Positions 42,750 to 56,091 are shown, counted from the first letter of the stretch. The stretch: DNA of 64,000 nucleotides from Octopus vulgaris (GCA_951406725.2 OX597829.1:17980001-18044000), one strand, 5' to 3'. Translations and numbers: made by a program. Notes: generated by a model not told the origin, from the letters alone.

Positions 42750-42754
<5 letters not shown>
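42341..42754. mobile_element. Near-perfect 414-bp palindrome with a hammerhead on each arm
   Basis: Axis TTTGAC-A-GTCAAA at 42547; the arms match with few mismatches. Confidence 0.92.
42464..42508 (-). ncRNA. Minimal hammerhead ribozyme motif (plus-strand twin at 42586-42630)
   Basis: TGAAC-CTGAAGA-TTGCA-N8-TGCAT-GAAA-GTAC-TA^GTTCA; 5-bp stem I. Confidence 0.85.
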
Positions 42755-42810
<56 letters not shown>

Positions 42811-42886
42811 TTGTTGCATGTCCTCGCGCTGTTGTGTTTTCTCTTTGTGTTTTCATGTTTGGATTAACTATATATATGTATATATA

Positions 42887-43134
42887 TAAAGTAAAATTTA
42901 ATTGACAGCATAATATGGCTGTCCTGTAACGGACGTTGTTATTGTTTATTAGCCCTATGAAACATCGTTTCTAGCTCGCTATACGACACATTATCTGTGT
43001 CCTTCCCGGTTCGAAAATATAAGGACACAGATAATGTGCCGTATATATAGCAGAGAAACTATGTTTCTTGAGGCTAATAAACAGTAACAACGTCCCTTCC
43101 GGCCATATTATATTGGCAAATAAATTTTACTTTA
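42887..43134. mobile_element. Imperfect fold-back element (pLTR-like)
   Basis: Ends TAAAGTAAAATTTA and TAAATTTTACTTTA; inner GACACATTATCTGTGTCCTT pairs with AAGGACACAGATAATGTGCC. Confidence 0.85.
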
Positions 43135-43237
43135 AAGAAATGTTACTGTATGATTCTCTCTGATAGATTCAGAAATAATACTGCTTTTCTCTCCTTTTTT
43201 TCTCTTCTTGTTTCTCTCCTTGTTTTTTCTGTGTCCC

Positions 43238-43271
43238 TTTCTGTAGAAGAGCGTAGGCGCGAAACGTAAAA
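43238..43271 (+). ncRNA. Hammerhead-like motif with variant core
   Basis: TTT-CTGTAGA-AGAGC-GTAG-GCGC-GAAAC-GTA-AAA. Confidence 0.5.
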
Positions 43272-43404
43272 TACTTTTTCTATTCCTGAGCGTTATACTA
43301 ATACATCTGTTTGTTTTGTACACTACCTGTCTTCGTGTTTTGTTGTTTTTTTTCGTAAACTCTCCCTATATATACATACATACATACATACATACATACA
43401 TACA

Positions 43405-43435
<31 letters not shown>

Positions 43436-43876
43436 TTGTGTGTAACAAAAATTAATACGAAACGCTTTCTCAAGACAAATACTGCGGTTTTGACAGTATA
43501 TCTTCGTTAAGTAACATTGCCGTACTTTGATTCCATTGATGAAGAAGCTTTCATCCTGTTGACCAAAAAAGTCATCAACAACAGATATGACGTCATCATC
43601 ACTACGATACTGGTTCCCACCCAGGTGGGGGTTTTTTATGTTGGGGAAAAGATGATAGTTAGATGGGGCCAAATCAGGAGAATAGAGAAGAGGATTAACC
43701 AGCTCAAAGCCACAACCATGCTCAGTAGCTATTTAAAGTAGGGACATGTGTGCTTGGAGCATTTTCCTGATAAAACAGGACCTCATATTATTAGTTTTTG
43801 GAAGCCTTTGGTCTTGATAGCCTTTCGTAACTTGGTATAGTACTCTTCATAGTTGGTATAGTACTCACTATACCTG

Positions 43877-44091
43877 AACCGTTAGCACGCCGGGCGAAAT
43901 GCGTAACCGTATTTCGTCTGCCGTTACGTTCTGAGTTCAAATTCCGCCGAGGTCGACTTTGCCTTTCATCCTTTCGGGGTCGATTAAATAAGCACCAGTT
44001 ACGCACTGGGGTCGATGTAATCGACTTAATCCGTTTGTCTGTCCTTGTTTGTCTTCTCTGTGTTTATCCCCTTGTGGGTAGTAAAGAAATA
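43877..44091 (+). mobile_element. SINE family A inserted in the mariner
   Basis: 14-bp TSD GGTATAGTACTCAC (43855-43868 and 44092-44105). Confidence 0.9.
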
Positions 44092-44520
44092 GGTATAGTA
44101 CTCACCAGTTCGTGGCTCTTTTAAAGATAGTCAATAAATATAATACCTTTTACATCTCAAAAAAAAGGTGGGGCTAATACCTTCCCTGGTCTCCTTTGGA
44201 GCAGGGAAATAAGGGTGTTTTCAGTTGCATAGTATAGTCTTCTTGTTGTATAGTCTTCTTCCCTTGATATGATCAGCCTGATGCGTTTTTGATCGGAAGA
44301 CGTGACACCCACCAAGCAGAAACCTTCGTCATGCCAAGTTCACTGTGTAGAATATTCTCAACTCTCTCACGAGATATGCTAATAATACAGGCTATTTGAT
44401 TTATAGTCACGCGTCATCACCATGTGAAGAACACGATCAATGTTTTCCTCTGGAGTGGCAGCTGCAGGACCTTCTGATCTTGTGTCAGCTTCAAGACTCT
44501 CCCTCCTTCTCCTAAATTCA

Positions 44521-45184
44521 TTGAAGTAAAGACCTATACAATTTGAGGCTTGTTCAAGAGATTGTAAAAGAGACTGGGCATTGGAGAGAGAATCACTGAT
44601 AAGAGCGATGTCGTCAGCAAAGTCAATGTCTGTTAAGTATTCAGCTGGGTACCTGGAACTTCTTCTAGGTTTTATTTCAAAGACCTTACCAGAAATGGAA
44701 TCAACTGACATACATAGCACATAGTCATAGAGATTTCAAACTTAAAATCTTCAAAGCCACAGTCGAACCAATTCTACTATATGGCTCAGAAACCTGGACG
44801 TTATCAACGAATCTGGAGAAGGGGTTAGATGGAACTTACACTCGCCTCCTTCTGAGAGCTCAAAATCTCTCGTGGAAGCGTCATCCAACCAAAGTACAAA
44901 TATATGGGAAATTACCACCTGTATCAGCTCTTTTGAAAGGTAGAAGAGTCCAGTTTGCTGGACATTGTTGTAGAGCTGAAAACGAGGTAATTTCTACTCT
45001 TCTCCTCTGGAAGCCATCTTCTCGCGATACCTGAGGGCGCACACTCTTCTACCCTGATGTAATCTCCAGGGATACAGGCATCCAGCAACAGGACCTCCGT
45101 AATGCTATGACGGACCGTGAGGTCTGGTGTAACATAGTAAATTCCATTGTCTCGACCGCGGTCGAACAATGATCATGATGATGA
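44521..45184 (+). mobile_element. RTE-like LINE 3' portion with inverted 5' segment
   Basis: Minus 44730-44521 encodes the RT motif LTDIDFADDIALIS. Plus 44731-45170 encodes KIFKATVEPILLYGSETWTL..FAGHC..AMTDREVW. (ATG)n tail; 13-bp TSD TCTCCTAAATTCA. Confidence 0.88.
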
Positions 45185-46171
45185 TCTCCTAAATTCAGCT
45201 CACTTTTGCACAGTTGATAAAGATGGGGGTGTCCATTCTCTAATGTAGTAAGCATGTCAGCATGAAAGTCCTTGGAGGCTAGACCCATTTTCTGCAGGAA
45301 ACTGATTACACTATAATGTCCAATTTTGTCTATTTTCAAGAAAATTCGCTACTCGTTACATTTGAATCCTTCTTTAGGAAGTCAGATGTCAGTTTACAAG
45401 TCATGCAGTTATTAATAAAAGCAGGCGAATTTAATGCATGCAAGATTTCACAGCTCTAGCATCTCTCCTTCATAGTCTTCCTATGAACTATTCAGCCGAC
45501 CCTCGTAACTTGAGCATAATCTTAGTTTCCGACAAGTCGAGAGCCCATATCGTGGCGCCTTTGTGTCTATAAATGAGTGTAACGCTTGCCTCTAGGACGC
45601 ATGCGATAAAGAACAAATACGTTTGTATCTGTATGCGCGGCCATATGTGTGTGTATATGTGTATGTGTGTGTGTGTGTATGCGCGCGCGAGCGCCTGTGA
45701 GTGTGTATATATGTGTGTGTCTTCTGTAAGGGAAATAGAATCAATGTGTGTGTGTTATTTGTAATAACAGAGCTCCTCTAAGCTTTCCATTGCTGATTTC
45801 TAAGTTTTTCAGGTATTGCCAAATTTAGAGACCACCCAGGAAATAGGATGATTATAAAAGCAAAGAAAGGAATGGTTAGAGAATAACAGCAAATAAATGG
45901 ATTATCAACATGTGTGATATGGCACTAGACTATACAAAGAGATGAAGATATTTTGCCAATCGGCATGATTTGGTCATGAAATACTACAATAATAAATGAT
46001 GTGTCGAAGAATGGCAGCCTGTTGTCCATGCCCTGAAGATCAAACATACCACGCCTTTCAAATATATAAAAATAGCAGGAAGAAATAAATGAAAATAGGA
46101 TAAAATAAAGTAAATTTATGAATAAAAAAATGGCTACTGTTGTCCTTGTCGTTTTTGCCCCAATGTTGTAG

Positions 46172-46275
<104 letters not shown>

Positions 46276-46855
46276 ATGTGTGTGTGTGCAGATATGTGTG
46301 TGTTTTTAGGCCAAGTCAGCCCTAATCGAACAGGCTTGTCACTCAAAACATTCCAGCATTAAACAAGATTAGCCATTTTCCAATGTTTGTTGTTTATTTT
46401 TATAGATAGTGGGGCGGGTGAATTGAGGGAGATTTTTACAGCTATTTTTAGCAGAACGAAGAAACGAAGACTGTTGTTGTTGTTGTTGCTGCTGCTGCTG
46501 CTGTCATTGTTGTCATCGTCGTCGTCTGACTCCTCATCCCCTCCACATCCCCCTACTCACTCCACTTCATCCTCATCATCATCTTTCCCCTCCTCATCCT
46601 CCCCTCCTCATCGTCTTCCCCTCATACTCATCCTCATTCTCCCCCTCTCCCAATTCCCCTCCTCCTTCTAATCCTCATCCTCCTCCACCTTCTTTTTTTT
46701 TTTGTCTTTCTTTGTTTAAGCATAGGTACTCAGGACTGAAGTTTTAAATTAATGTAGCTGTTGTTTCTAGCAAATCGATAGGACATCATTAGAATTCTAC
46801 CGTTGACATAAAAAAAGCTGTTGTAATACAGTAAAGTAAACGTTATATCTTGTAC

Positions 46856-47585
46856 ATTTTACTTGTTTCAATCATTAGACTGCGGCCATGCTGGAGCTCC
46901 TGCCTTGAAGAATCTGTAGTCGAATGAATCAACCTAGTATTCTCTTTTTAGGCCCGGTACTTATTCTATCGGCTCCTTTTCCCGAACTGCTACGTTACGG
47001 GGACGTAAACACACCAACGCCGGTTGTCTGGCGATGATGGGGAACAAACTGTGACATAAAGATACACACACATAGAGGAGGAGAGTCACAGTGCCTTAAT
47101 ATAACCAAATAATAACGTTTATTAGTGAATGTGTTTATTCAAACAGACTGGTTTACAATATTTTTTCTACTCTCAGTAACGAGTCTCTCTATCAGTGTGT
47201 GCGTATATATATATTCTTTTATCCGTTTACTTGTTTCAGTCATGTAACTGCGGCTATGTCAGAGCACTGCCTTTGTCGAAGAAATCGACCCCAGGACTTA
47301 TTTTTTGTAAGCCTAGTGCTTATTCTGTCTGTATCTTTGCCGAACCGTAAACACACCAGCATCGGTGTCAAGCGATGGGGAGTGGGACAAACACAGATAC
47401 AAAGACGCGCACTCATAAATATATGTATATATATATTTATATACGATGAGCTTCTTTCAGTTTCTGTCTACCAAGTCCTTTAGTCCTTGAGACTATAGTA
47501 AAAGACACTTGCGAAGGTGTCACGCAGTGAGATGGAAGCCGGAACCATATGGCTGGGAAGTATGTTTCTTACCACACAACCAAGC
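46856..47585 (-). mobile_element. Two SINE family B copies (46856-47070 and 47214-47585)
   Basis: Similarity to 32411. Confidence 0.75.
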
Positions 47586-47613
47586 TTATATATATACATA
47601 TATATATATATAT

Positions 47614-47840
47614 TAATTTAAAGATAGTAGACCCCTACATCTCACCAAATAAAAAAAATTGTATTTTTATTTTAAATACCTACTGTTTTATTACTTGGTA
47701 ACACGTGTTTCATGAGGTAGGACCCCGAGGACGTACCTCATGAAACACGTGTTGCCAAGTAATAAAACAGTAGGTATTTAAAATAAAAATAAAAACTCTT
47801 TTTATTTGGTGAGATGTAGGGTTCTACTATCTCTAAATTA
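47614..47840. mobile_element. Fold-back element whose axis is a hammerhead stem II
   Basis: AACACGTGTTTC-ATGAGGTA-N14-TACCTCAT-GAAACACGTGTT; arms of about 105 bp. Confidence 0.88.
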
Positions 47841-48258
47841 AAATATATTTCTTCATTGAGAATAATTTGACCTCTGTTATGCTGGAATTTTTATTCCCTA
47901 AAAAATAATATATATAAAATCTAAATACACACAAACAACCGAAAAACTTATGAGCTAAATCTAGCCAGTATTGAACCCACAAATCAATGCTAACACGGCT
48001 CTTTGCGCATCCGATTGAGCCAAACGCTCACCAATCAGTTTCCTTCAAATTTAATGACTATATACTTAAACTGTCTGATACCTCATATAATATTTGTAAA
48101 CAAATGCGAAAGGCTTTGTGAGTTACGGAGAGAAAGCTACTATGGAAGACTCATTGTATATAATAACTGTATAATAATACATCATAATAATATATATTAT
48201 CCGATTTGAAGCGACAATTTTTAAATGTAAACAAATGGTCGAAAATGATGAAATCACC

Positions 48259-48306
<48 letters not shown>

Positions 48307-48711
48307 GTTGATTCATCAGAAACGATAAATTGATACACATGTAGAACAATCTTTAATACATTATAACTGAAAAGTTCCGATTTCCAGTACCTAGAGGTAC
48401 CCTTTTCTGATCATCAGCTAGTAGACCAAATTTGGTTTTCTGTATAAATATCCACTGTCTGAATATTTTTTAAAACATAAAACGAAATTCTGAAGAAAAT
48501 GTTTATCTTTATGTTCTGTTTGAAAGCCTGTGAAAGCATACGAAAACAGCTACTCCATACTTTTGATTCTGTTTTCTCGTCGTAATATTATCATGAACTC
48601 CAATACAAGCGAGGTTATGAAATTGTGTACTTTTATATAAATACTTTTAATTAATGGTTCTAAAAAAACAATGGGTATGTGCGTGTTCTTTTTGCGTACG
48701 CCTGTGCAAAC

Positions 48712-48738
<27 letters not shown>

Positions 48739-48742
<4 letters not shown>

Positions 48743-49001
48743 ATCAAAATAAGCAACAAGAATAACTCCGGTAATTTGGCACGATCGTTTCGCACTACAT
48801 CATTTTATTAAATGTTGTAAGTATTACAACAGTTTTAAAATGATGAGCACTCAAGTTGTAATACTTACAACATTTAATAAAATTCTTGTTGCTTATTTTG
48901 ATTATAATCACCCCATGGATTTATTTGGATAACACCATACAAAATTCTGGTGCATCTAACTTAAGTACCATATTCATTTGAATCTAAATTTTGCTGAACT
49001 T
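48739..49001. mobile_element. Fold-back copy of the 12558 hammerhead family
   Basis: The right part matches 12656-12774; the left part is the inverted stem II plus GAAACGATCGT segment. Confidence 0.85.
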
Positions 49002-49149
49002 ATATATATATATATATGCTAACTCATACACACACATATACATACGCATACAGAGACATGCGACCACATATATTAAAATATATATCAATAAAACCTTTCG
49101 AAACCAACATTTTTCCCGAACCTGAACGATATTAAAGGAGACTTGTATT

Positions 49150-49515
49150 TACACTAAAAAAATAATTAGCCTCGTGCAAGCGAGGCGTTAACAGCTCAAT
49201 TCTTTTGTTCAAACTATTACTTCCTTGAGTCAAAATTCTCAATTTTTCACTTAGACAAATGATAGATCGCATCTTTGATCTGATGCTCTTGTTCCTGTAT
49301 GATTGCGCATAAACTAGGTAACTTTCAATTCGTCCTGTCTCGCACACAAGAACCAAAAAATACTTCTACAAATCAATAGTTCATTTTCTATCGAGGCTGA
49401 CAAATGAAAGCCTTTGCTTGTAATAACGGGACTTTAACGTGAGTTCTGTTGCCCCAGTATACGTTTCAGGTTCATCACTGTTGTTTGATTCAACCATAGC
49501 ACTGTACACTATCGA
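49150..49515 (-). pseudogene. Decayed PLE GIY-YIG endonuclease (Neptune-type)
   Basis: VYSAMV..ETYTGATELTLKSRYY..SF and ICLSEKLRIL..SLNKRIELL..RLHE. Confidence 0.7.
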
Positions 49516-49542
49516 ATTTTACATACACACACACACACACAC

Positions 49543-49634
<92 letters not shown>

Positions 49635-49759
49635 GTATATATATAAATCTTTAGCTAAATATATTCAATAAGAATATTATATATTGAATTTATATTGAGT
49701 GCTCCATTGTATAAAAATATTAAAACTAATAAAGTATTTATATATTTAATACGAGCGAT

Positions 49760-49782
49760 ATATACATATATTTTTAATAATA

Positions 49783-49834
<52 letters not shown>

Positions 49835-50112
49835 AAAGAAAATCAATATCCAAACCCATCATAACGATATACCCGTGTGAAAGACATTATTGTATTAAAC
49901 ATATATATAAATAAATAAATATAAAAATATAAATATAATGTATAAAATAAATTTGATAATTAAAAAATTTTGAATTAATTACTTAAGCATCTTACGATCG
50001 TTTCGCAGAAGAGCTGCGAATACAATAATTTCTTTCACACGGGTATATCGTTATGATGAGATTGGATATTGATTCTCTTTATTAATAATAATAATAATAT
50101 ATTATTAAAAAA

Positions 50113-50120
<8 letters not shown>
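49760..50120. mobile_element. Asymmetric fold-back with a half hammerhead in the spacer
   Basis: Arms 49760-49895 and 50019-50120; minus 50017-49988 reads GCAG-CTCTT-CTGC-GAAAC-GATC-GTA-AGATG. Confidence 0.8.
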
Positions 50121-50191
<71 letters not shown>

Positions 50192-50339
50192 ATATTGTAA
50201 TAAATATATAACGAATTGAAAACTTTGGTATTACTTCATATGTTTCAGTAGCAAATTTTACTATTAATACATTGCATCATATAATCTGACATTCATCATC
50301 ATACAAGATTATGCAATGACGTGTTTATTTAACAAACCA

Positions 50340-50600
50340 TGACAACAGAAAATACTCCACCAATGGTTTGAGTGATATGCCCCTACGGATGTCACACTGT
50401 TGGACGTTTCCTTCTTTTTTTTTTTTTTGCAGAGGTATAAAATACAGACATGTTCGAATTCTTGTGGAATTAGTTCGTGCTCCCAGATTATAATAAACAG
50501 GACGAGTTGTCTTTCCTGTATTTTTTCCGTCCACTATATTTATAGATTTCATTAGGAATTGCATCAGACCCAGTGGAATTTTCTGTCTGATAGTCTTTTG
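50340..50600 (-). pseudogene. Highly decayed LINE RT N-terminal fragment
   Basis: IPLQKK..G..QCDIRRGISL, compared with the recalled IP.KKG...C.NYRGISLL. Confidence 0.5.
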
Positions 50601-50833
50601 GGAGTCAGATGAATTTAACCAAATATATATAAGTATATATATAAATAGATATTCAATTTTTTTCATAGAAACAATTACGCCAGTATGCTACATTTCGTGA
50701 TAAAAAAATATGCCAACTTAAATATACAAGACGAAGTATATTATTGCAGACATATAAATGCATATTTCACTTCGGAATACTGAATCTCAAAGCACATAAA
50801 TCTATAAATAATAGCGTATAAATATTGGGTTGC

Positions 50834-50901
<68 letters not shown>

Positions 50902-51180
50902 ATATATAGCATTGTGTATATATGTCTTTGATAATAGAAAATTTGAGAGAGGTTGGAAGTCATGCTAGTATATTTTCAGCGCTTCTCATCTCAAATTTAT
51001 GATTTTTTTGTAAACGGATATATGTGTGTGTGCATGTGTGTATGTGTGTGGGGGGGATTTGTCTAGAGATGGGAACAGTAGATAATATATTAACTTCTAT
51101 ATAAATGTAACTTTTATTGGTGTGTATGTTCGTATATATATATAAATACATACATAAGTATATATATATATATACATTGA

Positions 51181-51222
<42 letters not shown>

Positions 51223-51228
51223 CATAAG

Positions 51229-51263
<35 letters not shown>

Positions 51264-51323
51264 GTATATATATATGTGTGTGTGTGTGTATGTATGTACA
51301 GTCACATAAACAGAGACGCACAT

Positions 51324-51402
<79 letters not shown>

Positions 51403-51569
51403 CGTGTGTGTGTGTGTGTGCTTGCAGACGTACATAAATACGTATCATCCGTTACCAAAATATCAAGACATTTCATCTCCTGAAAAGTCCCATAATAATA
51501 GTCAGAAATAGAGAACGATTTAATACTACCATTAAATTAAATATATATATATATGTGTGTGTATGTATG

Positions 51570-51648
<79 letters not shown>

Positions 51649-51665
51649 AGATATATAGATAGACA

Positions 51666-51701
<36 letters not shown>

Positions 51702-52272
51702 TGAACACAAAAAAAAAGATACGAATCTAAAATGAAATAAAAATGGAGAGATTGCTTTTGAAGGGTGACGCCATATCCCAAATCAAAGTTGACCCCACAC
51801 AGCTGCAGATAGGATAAAAGAGACCAAAAATAAAAAAATACATTTCTACTTTGGTGGAATTATGGACAAGTTAGATCCATTAGTACCTAGAGTCAATTAC
51901 CAAGTTTTGGTATAATTCAATTTACAAGATTGTTCAATAGGAACCAAATATACACGCCCTGTCAAACTTTTAATGGCTGTATTATTGTTTATATAATACA
52001 TGTGTTAACTGTAAAAATGTGATATATATATATATATACATACACACGTGCATGATTACGTACATACATGTATACACACACACACATGTATATATATTTA
52101 TATATATATTATAATAAGAGATATATATATATATGAACCTATATGTATCCATATACATGTATGTATGCTTAAATATATATACATATACATATATATGTAC
52201 ATCTATATATATGTATATAAATACACATATATATATGTGTGTGTGTGTGTGTGTACATATATATATGTATAT

Positions 52273-52324
<52 letters not shown>

Positions 52325-52354
52325 GTATATATATATGTATATGTATATATATGT

Positions 52355-52436
<82 letters not shown>

Positions 52437-53167
52437 GTACATACACATAAATGTATGGATGATATATAAATATTGTATGTATATTTTTTATGTATATGTT
52501 ATATATTTATACGTGTATGAGTATGTCTACATTTATTATGTCCATATATATATATGTATGTGTATATATGTATGTATAAATGCATGCATATACATACACC
52601 TGTACATAAGCACATGAATCTCTCTCACTGTCCCTCTCTTTCATATACACACATATTCTTTCTTTCTCTATCTATCTCTTTCTCTCTCCTTCTCTCTCTT
52701 CTTTCCTCTCTCGCTCTTTTTCTCCTTCTCTCTCTCTCTCTTTGTCTCTATCTCCTCTCGCTCTGTGCGTGTGTATGCATGCTTTTGTGTGTGAAACAGT
52801 GCTTGTGTCAGAGAATGAATATGTGTGAATGATTAACTGTTGTGTGTTCTGTGTTTGTGTTAGGGTTGAGTAAATTAAGTTAATTAATCAGTGATTGAGT
52901 AAGCGTATTAATGAATGAGAGATGAGAAAAAGAAAGAATAACTGCGTTAATGAATGAGTGACTAACAAAAAAAAGGAACAAAGTGAGCGAGAGATTGAGT
53001 GACAAAAGAGAGAAGTTAAAACAATGAGTGATGAAGAATAAAGACTGATAGAATAAAGATTGGATGTTAAGAAGGAGGAACAGAGAATATAGTGCGGTGG
53101 AAGACAGCAGACAGAAATGAGATGTAGAGAAATCAGATGTAGAGATAATGACAGCTTTAAAGGAAGT

Positions 53168-53168
53168 A

Positions 53169-53228
<60 letters not shown>

Positions 53229-53232
53229 AAAA

Positions 53233-53296
<64 letters not shown>

Positions 53297-53298
53297 AA
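53168..53298. repeat. (GAAA)n microsatellite
   Basis: Direct reading. Confidence 0.95.
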
Positions 53299-53301
53299 TA
53301 C

Positions 53302-53710
53302 TGGCTGTGTGGTAAGTAGCTTGCTTACGAACCACATAGTTCCGGGTTCATTCCCACTGCGTGGCACCTTGGGCAAGTGTCTTTTACTATAGCCTCGGGC
53401 CGACGTCTTGTGAGTGGATTTGGTAGATGGAAACTGAAAAAAGCCCGTCGTATATATGTATATATGTACGCGTGTGTATATGTTTGTGTGTCTGTGTTTG
53501 TTCCCCCCCCCCCCCAACATCGCTTGACAACCGATGCTGGTGTGTTTATGTCCCCGTAACTTAGCGATTCGGCAAAAGAGACCGATAGAAAAAGTGCTAG
53601 ACTTACGAAGAATAAGTTCTGGGGTCGATTTGCTCGACCAAAGGCGGTGCTCCAGCATGGCCACAGTCAAATGCCTGAAACAAATAAAAGAGTAAAAGAG
53701 TAAAAGAGAG
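53302..53710 (+). mobile_element. SINE family B
   Basis: Similarity to 18795. Confidence 0.88.
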
Positions 53711-54304
53711 ACAGACAGACAGCAAACATAAAAACAGACAAAGGCACACAAAAGCAGAAAAGGAAGGAAATAAAAACGTGGAATGGAAAAAAAGAAATAT
53801 GAGAAAAAGAATTACATAAAGAAAGGGAGACGATAGAGAGGTAGTCAAACTGGCACACAGACACAAAGACATATATAGAGACACATAGACAGACAGACAG
53901 ATAAGTTAATAGATAAATAGATAGATAAACAGACAGATAGACAGATGATAGATAGATAGAACGATCCTTGGAATCCTTCTTTCCATTTTAGAAAGTTTAT
54001 TCTTAACCAGCGAGAATTGTATGTTGCTGACGTCATAAGAATTTAGAAACCTTAGAGAGAACGTGAAATAATTCTGTTTTGGGGAATGGATATTGAAAAA
54101 CACCCAAAGTTTAAAATACTAGCAACTAAATACTGAGTTCAAATACCCCTTTTTTGGGGGGGGGATAGAATAAAAGGAGAAGGCCACCCGGCGGTACTCA
54201 AACCTACATCTTATGTAGACACTCACACACACACACGCACCCCAACACACACTCACAGACACACTTTTTTCCTATATATGTCTATATAATCTTTTATTCC
54301 TTTA

Positions 54305-54672
54305 TTATTTTACTTGATTCAGTCATTTGATTGTGGCCATGCTGGAGCACGCCTTAAAGGGTTTTAGTCAAAGAAATCGACTCCAGGATTTATTCTTTGT
54401 AAGCCTACGACTAATTTTATCGGGCTCTTTTGCCGAATAGCTAAGTAACTGTGATGTCAACACACCAACATCGATTTTCGAGTGATAGTGGGGAGGGGGA
54501 CAAACACAGACACAAAGACACACAAAAAAAATACATATATGTAAACGACAGGCTTCTTTCAGTTTCTGTCTACCAAACCCACTGGCAAGGCTTTCGTTGG
54601 CCCAAGGCTGTAGTAAAAGACACTTGTCCAAGGTGCCATGTAGTTGGAAAGCAAGCTTCTAACCACACAACC
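54305..54672 (-). mobile_element. SINE family B
   Basis: Similarity to 32411. Confidence 0.8.
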
Positions 54673-54928
54673 ATGGCCATACTATATATATATATATATA
54701 TATATATATCAATAATATATCTCAGGAATTCCATTTTCTCCCTCTCTCAGCTATCCACACACACAAATAAAAGAAAGAGAAATTGTATATAAGCATGTAT
54801 GTACTATATGTACGCTTATATGTATATCTCTGTGTGTGTGTATATGTACACATGCGTATAAATACATAATTTTTTGCCCATTGTCTTTGTACGTATATAT
54901 GTATGTATTTCTATTAACTCATATAACA

Positions 54929-54986
<58 letters not shown>

Positions 54987-55273
54987 CATATATAGTGTGT
55001 ATGTGTGTGTGTGTGTGTATGTCTGTGTATATATGCATCTGTGTGTGTGTATCAGTGTCTGTCTGTGTGTGGCAGACAGAAAGAAGAATGGTGAGACAAT
55101 GGTGGCTGAGAAACGAGAGGAAAAGAAAGGAAAATTAGATATTTTTAGCTTCTGGGTTTATTGCTTGAAAAAAATATATTTTAAGCCATACGAGATACTG
55201 GAAACAATAAAATCTAAGTGGGAAAGATTTATTTAATTTTTCTCACTAACACACAAACACGCACGCACACAGC

Positions 55274-55305
<32 letters not shown>

Positions 55306-55529
55306 AACATACACGCACATATATATATATATATATATATACATAAATACCGCACTCATGCCTACATATATTCATATAAATATATACATAAACACACACA
55401 TATACATATATGTATGTATGTATTTATGTATATATACCTATGTATATATATATATATATATATATATGTACATGCATATATACACATGTTTGTATATGCG
55501 TGTGTGCCTGTATACATACATGCATATAG

Positions 55530-55698
55530 GGGAAGGTGTGGCTGTGTAGCAAGAAGTTTGCTTCCCAGCCACATGATTCCAGTTTCAGTCCCACTGCGTG
55601 GCACCTTGAGCAAGTGTGTTCTACTATAACCTTGGGCCGACCAAAACTTACTGAGTGGATTTGGTAGACGAAAACTGAAAGAAGTTCATTGTGTGTGT

Positions 55699-55771
<73 letters not shown>

Positions 55772-55980
55772 ATATACTGCCTGTATTTGTCCCCCACCAC
55801 CGCTTGACAACCGGTGGTAATGTGTTTACGTCCCCGTAACATAGCTGTATGGCAAAAGGAACAGATAGGCTAATAGGCTTATAAAAAGTAAGTCGTGGTG
55901 TCGATATGTTCGACTTAAACCGTTCAAGGCGGTGCCCCAGCATGGCCACAGTTAAATGACTGACACAAGTTAAAGATAAA
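55530..55980 (+). mobile_element. SINE family B
   Basis: Similarity to 18795. Confidence 0.82.
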
Positions 55981-56091
55981 AATGCATAGAAACGTGGCGC
56001 ATGAATACATACAAACTTTTATAAAATATACATATATTTATACATCCATATCCATGTATATATGCATATATATTATATATATATATATATA

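Larger units (their letters stand above)
43516..45507 (-). mobile_element. Decayed mariner (Tc1/mariner) transposon with nested SINE and LINE
   Basis: TA-CGAGGGTCGGCTGAA terminus at 45507. Pieces read MKIDKIGHYSVISFL, RESLEAD.R..AATPEENIDRV and (YSPDL)APSNYHLFPNIK..LGGNQYRSDDDV. Confidence 0.85.

Noticed and set aside
47143-47198. Minus-strand ACA-CTGATAGA..GTAAAC-CA-GTC-TGT
   Set aside because: Two core indels and no convincing stem II.
48372-48420. Minus-strand CTGATGA-TCAG..CTG-GAAA-TCGGAA
   Set aside because: No NUH triplet and a weak stem I; possibly decayed, so not counted.
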